A program made the translations under genes and the position numbers. From Candidatus Limnocylindrales bacterium (GTDB taxonomy: Bacteria; Chloroflexota; Limnocylindria; Limnocylindrales; CSP1-4), in NCBI GenBank assembly GCA_049514315.1, contig JBEKVD010000041.1:1-26040 (forward strand): 26,040 bases of DNA, written 5' to 3'. Numbering within the stretch: position 1 is the first letter of the stretch; each line of letters begins with the position of its first letter. Below are positions 18,795 to 25,293 of this stretch, one piece after another. Under the pieces are notes generated by a model. It saw only the letters and a list, made by a program, of their open reading frames with translations, was not told the origin of the DNA and ran no database searches.

Positions 18795-19207
18795 TGGCTG
18801 CCAGAGCTACGTATCTCTGCGGTGCCTGTGGCAAGGTCGCAGCGACGGTTACGCTCGTGCCACCCGGCCAGCCCGACCCGGCACCGGCGCGCGAGGCCCC
18901 TCGCGTCCGCCCGGCCACGGAAAGACCGTCAGCAATGTCTGGCTGGGCCCGGCTCGCGATCGACGGCGGCCCGGTCGGCCTCACCCGCGGTCCTGTACCG
19001 ATGGAGCAAGTCGTGATCGCTCTTGGAACCGGCGACGCGGCTGCGCTCTTTGAGCTTGAGCAGGAGTACGCACCCTTCTGGTGTCCCAGGTGCCGCGCTT
19101 CCTATTGCCGCGAGCACTACCGCTCGTGGCCGGTCTTTGACGATGGCTTCTTCGACTGCTTCCGTGGCGTCTGCCCGAAGGGCCACGAGCGGATCCTGCA
19201 GGATTGA
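18794..19207 (+). CDS. Cys-rich zinc-ribbon-like protein (137 aa), no family recognised
   Basis: The ATG shares one nt with the HD gene stop (TGATG). It has CGAC near the N-terminus, then CPRCRASYCREH and CFRGVCPKGH near the C-terminus. Confidence 0.65.
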   Translation: MAARATYLCGACGKVAATVTLVPPGQPDPAPAREAPRVRPATERPSAMSGWARLAIDGGPVGLTRGPVPMEQVVIALGTGDAAALFELEQEYAPFWCPRCRASYCREHYRSWPVFDDGFFDCFRGVCPKGHERILQD

Positions 19208-19893
19208 GGAAGGTCCTGCGAACTCATCGGGCGGAGCGAGGCGATGGGCTTGGAATAGCTGCAGGGTGGGTCTTTCGAGCTTCGAACGGAAAGCAACACC
19301 GTCCCCATGGTCTCGGCGCGAGGGGTGAACCCGGCACGATTGCCCGATCGTGCGCAGTGGAGCCAATTCCTCAGGTCTCGGCCATTGGGCTCGGTCTCTG
19401 CCGCTGGCAGTCGTGGCAGAGAACTCGGCATCGCATCAGGGATGCCCAAAGGCGACAGTTGCGCTAAGTCGGTTTGGGCGGCGGCCGGCCCGGGCCGCTC
19501 TCGGCGAACCTCGTCACGATCCAGCGACAGGTGTCAACGTCTGGCGGATCAGCGAGCCACTCGCTCTTCTCACGTCTCGGTGAAATACTCGGCGTATACA
19601 GTTCGGGTTCCGGTTCATTCGTGCGGTAGGCTGTATAGCAGCGTCGCGGCGAATCTCCGGCCGGAGAGGGAAGCTGGCTATGAGCGCTCCGGGACCGGGC
19701 GGACTTGCTGGTTCATACCGGCAACCGCAAGCGGGCGCAACGGAGGCGACCTCCCCGGAGTCGAGCAGGGCGCCTCACGTGCGAGAACCTGTGGCGGCAG
19801 GAGCGCCGCGATGTCCGACGGTGCCAGTTCAGGTGAAGAGCGTCTCGCAACCCATCGCCGATGCCGGGCGACGCGAGGCGGAGGGAGCTAGTT

Positions 19894-20118
19894 CGATGGC
19901 GGAGAGCTGGAAGACCGTCCGCGTCTTCATCAGCAGCACCTTCCGCGACATGCACGTACAAAGCGATCACCTGGCGCGACAAACTTGTGGAGCATTCGTG
20001 GGTCTCCCTCCGAGATATGGACCGCCGCAGCTATACCCGGGCGATCCGCGAGCAGCTCGACGCCTTCGCCGCCCGGGCCGGCGACGAGACGTTGCCGCGA
20101 ACAGCGCCGGGACCGTAA
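19894..20118 (+). pseudogene. micro-gene with a DUF4062-like N-terminal signature whose coding frame switches (frameshifted relic or recoding)
   Basis: GGAGGGAG lies 8 nt upstream of ATG 19894. MAESWKTVRVFISSTFRDMH is encoded with 100% GC3. After about 19955 the high-GC3 frame changes to the one ending at TAA 20116-20118, while the original frame drops to about 50% GC3 and runs to TGA 20145-20147. Confidence 0.45.
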
Positions 20119-20136
20119 CTGACGAAGGGGTGAGCC

Positions 20137-22608
20137 GTGGTCGATGACGCGACGAGCCAGCTACGCGCCTGGCTGGCGGCCCAGGTCGCCTGCTATGCCG
20201 AGGACTACCCGAGATACCAGCGCTACGCCGAGGTCTTGAGCGCCGTGCTGCGCGGCGCGGCAGACCGATTGGCCCCTGAGGCCATCGTCCAGGCGCGCCC
20301 CAAGTCGATCGCCAGTTTCGCCGAGAAGGCGCTGCGCAAGCGGGCGACGAGGACCGATCCCTGCCGGATGTTCACCGACCTGTGCGGTGCGCGGGTGATT
20401 GGCCGAACGCGCTCCGAGGTCGAGACGATGAGCTGCTTCGTCGTCGAGAACTTCGCGATCGACTGGGAGAACAGCGTCGACGCGAGCCAACGCCTTCGGC
20501 CGACGGAGTTCGGCTACCGCTCGGTGCACTACATCGTCACGCTGCGGCCCGACATCGATTACCGCGTCGACGTTCCCAACGCCGTGCTTGGCCTCAAGGC
20601 CGAGATCCAGCTGCGCACAGTGGCCGAGCATGCGTACAGCGACTTCGGCCACGACCTCACCTACAAGGGCGCATTTGCGCTGCCGCTCGCCTGGGAGCGT
20701 GAGCTTGCCGAGGCGGCGGCCAGCCTTGAGGAGGTCGACGGGACCTTCTCGCGGGTCGAGAACGGGCTGCGAGAATACGCGACCAATTACGGCCGATACC
20801 TGGGCGAGGAGAGGGCGCGTGCGGAGATCGACGACCTGCTGATCGTGCTCGAACACGTACCGGCGGACAGCGGGCTGGCCGACCGCATTGCACGGCTCGG
20901 AATCGCCCTGGCCGACTGGGCCTTGGTCGTCAGGGTGCTCTCGCCGTTCGTCGCCGCCGACGCCGCCCGAACCCCCCTCCCGGTGCTGCGCGACATGGGC
21001 ACGGCGCTCTGCCGGCTTTACCGTGACCAGCCGCGCGGCGAGGACTACCGCCGAGGTCAGCATTACCTGGAGCTGGCCAGCGCATCGGACGACATCGATG
21101 CCATCTGCACGTTCGCCGGCACGTGGAAGGGGGCCGACGACGCTCGGGCGCGCGACCTCTACCACCGAGCGTTCGAGCTCGATCCGACCAACCCCTATCC
21201 GCTCGGCAACTACCTCGAGCTCGAACTCGACCACGACCCGGCCGTCCTCAGGTCGATGGGGCCCGAGCTGCGCGGCGCGATCGAGCGCTGCGAGCACCAT
21301 ATCTCCGCCGGGATCAATCTGCCGTGGGCCCAGTTCGACCTCGGCAGATTCCACCTGCTCCTCGGCGAACCCTATGAAGCTCTGGCCGCTTACGCGGAGG
21401 CGATCACAACGAGCACGGCCGCCTTCATGATCGATACCTCGCTCGCCTCGCTGGAGCGGCTGGCAAGGGCTCTCGGTGACCAGCCCGGCTTCGACTGGGC
21501 TCGCCGGCTTCTCCTGCTGGGCTTGGCGTCTCGGTTCGGCTCAGAGGTCGCGCTCGAGCGGGTCAGGCAGCTTGCCTCGGCCGGCGTCGCTCCGCTAACC
21601 CCACCCGTCGTGATAGTGGCCGGAGGGACCGACCCGCGGCTGGAGGCGCAGCTACAGGGTTACGCCGACCTTCTCGCCTTCGGATTCGCGGACTTCAGCG
21701 GGACGATCCTCTCCGGTGGCACGACCGAGGGCATCAGCGGGATAGTGGGCGACATCGGCTCCGCGTCGGGCGGCCGCATTCGAACGGTCGGCTATCTTCC
21801 CGAACTGGTCCCGGCCGACGCGACCCGCGACTCGGACTACAGCGAGCTGCGGAAGACGCCAGGCCACGGGTTCAGCCCCCTCGAGCCGCTCCAGAATTGG
21901 GTGGATCTCGTGGCTTCCGGTGTCCCGGCGACAGGAGTGCGGGTAGTGGGGGTCAACGGTGGCCGTATATCCGCGCTCGAGTACCGCATCGCGCTCGCGA
22001 TGGGCTCGACCGTCGGCCTCGTCGCCGACAGCGGCCGCGAGGCCGGCCGCCTGCTCGGCGACGAGCGGTGGACGTCCTCACACCTGATTCGCCTGCCGGC
22101 TGATCCCGACACGATTCGCGTCTTCGTGACCCCCGCACCCGCGCCCCTGCCCGAGCCGACGCGCTCGACGCTCGGGCGCTTCATCCACGAGGAGAGCCGG
22201 CGGGAGCGAGTGCCACGTCCCGACATCGACCCCGCTCTCGCCGACTGGGATCAGCTGCCGGATGACTTCCGCAACTCCAATCTCCAGAAGGCCGATCACA
22301 TCGGCGAGAAGCTGCGGCGAATCGGGTGCATCGCCGCCCCGGAAGGCGCCCCCGGCGAGCGGGCGACCTTCACGCCTGAGGACATCGAGGCGATGGCCGA
22401 GCTCGAGCACGGCCGCTGGACAGCGGAACGGCTCCTGGCCGGCTGGACGTGGGGCGAGAAGCGCGACCCTGCGCGTCGGACGAGCCCGTATCTCGTCGCC
22501 TGGAGGGAGTTGCCGGAGGCGATAAGGGAGATCGACCGCCAGGCTGTGCGGCAGATCCCGGACGTTCTGGCGACAGTCGGCCTGTGCGTGCGATGGGCGA
22601 CGCCATGA
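20137..22608 (+). CDS. RelA/SpoT-synthetase (SAS/toxSAS-like) - TPR-like - SLOG/LOG-like - RyR-domain fusion protein (823 aa)
   Basis: Synthetase motifs are RPKSIASFAEK (20296-20328), DLCGARVIG (20377-20403), FGYRSVHY (20509-20532), EIQLRT (20602-20619) and HDLTYK (20650-20667). The helical/TPR-like region includes YHRAFELDPTNPYPLGNYLELE (21160-21225). Gly-rich Rossmann loops are VVIVAGGTD (21607-21633), LSGGTTEGISGIVG (21709-21750) and VNGGRISALEY...VADSGREAGRLL (21952-22056). RyR-like motifs are WDQLPDDFRNSNLQKADHIGEKL (22246-22314) and ELEHGRWTAERLLAGWTWGEKRD...REIDRQAVRQIP (22399-22560). The GTG start has GAAGGGG upstream. Confidence 0.85.
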   Translation: MVDDATSQLRAWLAAQVACYAEDYPRYQRYAEVLSAVLRGAADRLAPEAIVQARPKSIASFAEKALRKRATRTDPCRMFTDLCGARVIGRTRSEVETMSCFVVENFAIDWENSVDASQRLRPTEFGYRSVHYIVTLRPDIDYRVDVPNAVLGLKAEIQLRTVAEHAYSDFGHDLTYKGAFALPLAWERELAEAAASLEEVDGTFSRVENGLREYATNYGRYLGEERARAEIDDLLIVLEHVPADSGLADRIARLGIALADWALVVRVLSPFVAADAARTPLPVLRDMGTALCRLYRDQPRGEDYRRGQHYLELASASDDIDAICTFAGTWKGADDARARDLYHRAFELDPTNPYPLGNYLELELDHDPAVLRSMGPELRGAIERCEHHISAGINLPWAQFDLGRFHLLLGEPYEALAAYAEAITTSTAAFMIDTSLASLERLARALGDQPGFDWARRLLLLGLASRFGSEVALERVRQLASAGVAPLTPPVVIVAGGTDPRLEAQLQGYADLLAFGFADFSGTILSGGTTEGISGIVGDIGSASGGRIRTVGYLPELVPADATRDSDYSELRKTPGHGFSPLEPLQNWVDLVASGVPATGVRVVGVNGGRISALEYRIALAMGSTVGLVADSGREAGRLLGDERWTSSHLIRLPADPDTIRVFVTPAPAPLPEPTRSTLGRFIHEESRRERVPRPDIDPALADWDQLPDDFRNSNLQKADHIGEKLRRIGCIAAPEGAPGERATFTPEDIEAMAELEHGRWTAERLLAGWTWGEKRDPARRTSPYLVAWRELPEAIREIDRQAVRQIPDVLATVGLCVRWATP

Positions 22609-22651
22609 GGGCCGGGTGAACTGGAGCCGCCGATAGATCGCGCGGGCAGAC

Positions 22652-22885
22652 GTGGACCGCCTGGACGAGATCATCCAAGCCCGCGGGTGGACGAACGAAA
22701 AGGGAGGGACTGGGCTCTCCGATAGGCTGCTTGAAGAGCTGCGCGCGACCGACGCCACGCTCGCGATTCTCGATGTCGACTATGCCGACTGGGAAGTCCT
22801 ATACCGGATGCGTCTCCAGATCGAGCGCGATCTGCTGGTAGGCTGTTCAGTGGGTCAGGCCTGGCAACCAGGAGGTGAGACATGA
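22652..22885 (+). CDS. small hypothetical protein (77 aa)
   Basis: It starts with a GTG 44 nt after the fusion-gene stop, and its stop overlaps the cupin ATG (ATGA). The sequence looks helical (DRLDEIIQARGW...LLEELRATDATLAILDVDYADWEVLYRMRLQIERDLL). GC3 is moderate (~68%) and the SD is weak. Confidence 0.4.
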   Translation: MDRLDEIIQARGWTNEKGGTGLSDRLLEELRATDATLAILDVDYADWEVLYRMRLQIERDLLVGCSVGQAWQPGGET

Positions 22886-23259
22886 CGTTCAACGAGGACA
22901 TCGTCAGGCGAGCGAAGGCCAATTCGTACTTCCGCGAGGTCCTTGCAACCGGACCACACAGTCAGGTCGTGGTCATGAGCATTCCTCCGGGCGGTGACAT
23001 CGGCGAGGAAGTCCACGATGACGTGGATCAGGTGCTCGTCTTCGTCCAGGGCAGAGGAGAGGCCATCCTGAATGGCCAAGAGAGCGCGGTGGGCCCGGAT
23101 CGGCTGGTCCACGTGCCCTCAGGAACTCGCCACAACTTCGTGAACACCGGTGCCATTGACCTTCGGCTGTACACGATCTATGCCCCGCCCGAGCACGAGC
23201 CGGGCACAATCCATAAGACCAAAGCCGAAGCCGACGCGGCTCACGCAGCCGAGGATTGA
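22882..23259 (+). CDS. cupin-domain protein
   Basis: 125 aa with the cupin_2 pattern PPGGDIGEEVHDDVDQVLVFVQG...VHVPSGTRHNFVNTG. AGGAGG lies upstream of the ATG. Confidence 0.8.
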   Translation: MTFNEDIVRRAKANSYFREVLATGPHSQVVVMSIPPGGDIGEEVHDDVDQVLVFVQGRGEAILNGQESAVGPDRLVHVPSGTRHNFVNTGAIDLRLYTIYAPPEHEPGTIHKTKAEADAAHAAED

Positions 23260-23261
23260 AC

Positions 23262-23432
23262 TCCGTCGCCGCCGACCTGGCGGCGAAACCGAGCGCTTGA
23301 CCTGCCGCCGCAAGACCCGAGCTGGTGGCGAAGAACCAGGATCTCAATCTGTGTGGCATCGTCGGCTCGATGGTTGGGTGCGACAAAGGGGAGAAGCCGA
23401 CGAAGCATCAAGTACAGGAGCGAAGCAGGCAT
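23262..23432 (-). pseudogene. N-terminal relic of a DDE (rve-type, IS481/IS3-like) transposase, frameshifted and truncated
   Basis: MPASLLYLMLRRLLPFV...DATQIEILVLRHQL is followed, in a different frame, by VLRRQVKRSVSPPGRR. Together these resemble the common actinobacterial transposase N-terminus EILVLRHQLAVLRRQV.RP.FS..DR. The relic runs into the 3' end of the cupin gene and has no catalytic domain. Confidence 0.55.
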
Positions 23433-23672
23433 GGCGGCGATGCCGCCTCCCCCGCCATCGCTCAACACGCGGGCTGACTGATCGAGTTCGTGTACCCCAC
23501 GCGTTCTCAACGCGGTGAGGATCGGTTCACCACTCTGACCAGTCGCACAGACTCAGCGACTACAAGGGCCACCGAGCGAGACGGGGCCAAGAGTAACCTG
23601 GCCTGCGCAAGGTACCAGAAAGATGGCGGCGCAAACGCCCTCGGTGCACGCCGCAAGAGCGAGCGCGGCAGA

Positions 23673-23912
23673 TCAGCCGAAGTAAAACGACGGCTCGGCC
23701 GCGACGCGCATGCTCCGCTCGAGCATGGCGACGATCACGTCGGTCGAAAGACTCGTGCGGTGGGCCACGTAGTCGGCGATCAGCCGAGGCTCACCGGCGC
23801 ACCGCTCCAGCGCCCCCGGGTTCAGGCGGGGCCAGATGAGCATCGCCGCCCGCCCGTAGGCGCCCGAATTCGCCGACGTGCGCTGACGGGGAAACCTCGC
23901 CGAGGCGGGCAT
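23673..23912 (-). CDS. hypothetical protein (79 aa)
   Basis: GC3 is very high (~88%). GGGAAGG lies 8 nt upstream of ATG 23912. No family recognised. Confidence 0.55.
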   Translation of the reverse strand: MPASARFPRQRTSANSGAYGRAAMLIWPRLNPGALERCAGEPRLIADYVAHRTSLSTDVIVAMLERSMRVAAEPSFYFG

Positions 23913-24544
23913 AGCTGCGACCTTCCCCTGCGACATTGAGCGCCGACAAGAAGGGAGACCCACGCCTGTCTCAGGAGTCCGAGTATGCGCTCAATTGGGC
24001 GGCAGGGCAAGCGAAGCTGACACGGTCGAAGGACTGAGCGAGTAGGCTCCATCCGACCAGCCCAATAGCCCGAGGGCGCACAGGCCGTCAAGCAGGATTC
24101 ACATCCCGCCAAGGGAACACCCGGTGGCCCGGGCGATGCTTTCCGCGTCGCTATGACCGGCTGCGACCACCGGGATCACCTCGAGCTCGAGGGCCGTTCG
24201 CACGACCTGCACCTTTAGAGCAACGTCGTCGACTTCCTAGAGGACGCCGAGCGACGGGATGGTTGCGGAAACCACGGGCTGAGTCACAGCTGGTACCTCA
24301 ATCGGGCCGAATCCCCCAGCGGGCCAGTCTCGCCAGTGGCCTGATCCCGGCGGAGCGGGGGCCGTGTCTAGGAGCCGCCCGTGTATGCGCGCATTCTCCC
24401 GGGGTCTATGCCCGGACGACCACTACGGCTGGTTCTGGTGTCAAGTTAGGCCATGTGGCACCGCGCCCGACGCAGCCACTCGACTGGCCCGGCCGGGATC
24501 GGCAGCGGCGATTCGATTCGAGTTATCCGGGGAGTGGCAGCCTG

Positions 24545-24913
24545 TTAGGCCACGGGCTCGATATCTATGATCGAGGCCTCGGTGACGCCCTTGAGGAGCA
24601 CGAGACTCCAGTCGGCGTGCGGATCAGTGTCCATGAACTGCATGGACTCCCGCATCACCTTCGCATACTCGGTGGTCTCGTCCTTCTGCATCGCGGCCAG
24701 CTTGTCCATGTCGGCGTAGCTGCTGAGGCGTTCGAGGATCCGAAACTCCCCTGCGGTCTTCTCCGAAGTGAACACCGCGACGTACGTGCCCAGATACTCC
24801 GTGCCCTCCGGGTAGCTGCGAGCGATCCTCTCCTCGTTCGCTGCTAGCCACCGCTGGAAGGCTTCTGCCTGGCCTACGCGCACGCTGAACCCGCTCTCTT
24901 GAATGAAGCGCAT
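24545..24913 (-). CDS. hypothetical protein (122 aa), possibly a small alpha+beta (NIPSNAP/ABM-like) fold
   Basis: GGAGG lies 6 nt upstream of the ATG. The composition is globular and non-biased (MRFIQESGFSVRVGQAEAFQRWLAANEERIARSYPEG...). Confidence 0.7.
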   Translation of the reverse strand: MRFIQESGFSVRVGQAEAFQRWLAANEERIARSYPEGTEYLGTYVAVFTSEKTAGEFRILERLSSYADMDKLAAMQKDETTEYAKVMRESMQFMDTDPHADWSLVLLKGVTEASIIDIEPVA

Positions 24914-25245
24914 GGGAGACCTCCACAGGCTGGATACGGGTCGGTCTCGCCAGTGGCTCGGCGCGGTCCCGGCGGCCAGTGCATGGACCGCGCGTCATGG
25001 CTCCCCGTGAGGCTTGATTGTCCCACCGGCGTCCATGGCCCCCGACGAAGCGAGTCGACTGGCCGGACTACGCCGGGATCGTCAGCGGCCAGAGGGAGCG
25101 GGAGTTGAGGAAACACCAGCGGAGCGACTCACCTGACGTCCGCTGTTTGGTTCACCGGAGGATCATGGGCAAGTCCGTCCGGCGTGCTAACTGTCAGACG
25201 GCAGGCTTCGACAGTAAGGTGCTCAATCTGAGCTTGATTCGGGGT

Positions 25246-25293
25246 TGGCTGGCGAGGAAGGATTCGAACCTTCAGTTTCCTGATCCAGAGTCA
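25246..25293 (-). other. 3' fragment of a tRNA-Gln(CUG)-like gene (anticodon loop to CCA), a probable att-site or gene remnant
   Basis: The - strand reads UGA-CUCUGGA-UCAGG-AAACU-GAAGG-UUCGAAU-CCUUC-CUCGCCA-G-CCA. That is a canonical T-arm, a 7-nt acceptor 3' strand, discriminator G, encoded CCA and a C-U-CUG-G-A anticodon loop. No D-arm or matching 5' acceptor strand follows. Confidence 0.6.

Noticed and set aside
19463-19580. Possible - strand relic resembling the N-terminus of a ChrB-C/Chrome_Resist-type protein (..EWLADPPDVDTCRWIVTRFAE..)
   Set aside because: There is only ~20 residues of vague resemblance recalled from memory, no start codon, a stop 11 codons later and moderate GC3. That is too weak to call without a database search.
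19307-19891. 194-aa ORF (and 19680..20147, 155 aa) filling the gap upstream of the fusion gene
   Set aside because: The sequence is Arg/Ser/Gly-rich and not protein-like, and GC3 is mixed. Only the last part of the 19680 frame (from ATG 19894) shows coding bias, and that part is reported separately.
20161-21354. 397-aa antisense ORF inside the synthetase fusion gene, and similar long shadow ORFs (4809..6524 +, 5909..7441 +, 6910..8241 +, 2762..3739 -, 3199..4116 -, 12142..13299 +, 13086..14228 +, 15349..16167 -)
   Set aside because: These are typical high-GC stop-free shadow frames. They are extremely Arg/Pro/Gly/Ala-rich, have no family motifs or SD, and each fully overlaps a gene with clear family signatures on the other strand or frame.
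24110-24262. Short - strand ORF (..VQVVRTALELEVIPVVAAGHSDAESIARATGCSLGGM*) that looks vaguely antitoxin-like
   Set aside because: It is under 45 codons, is bounded by an in-frame TAG just upstream, and has no SD or recognisable motif. It may be an eroded remnant, but I cannot support that.
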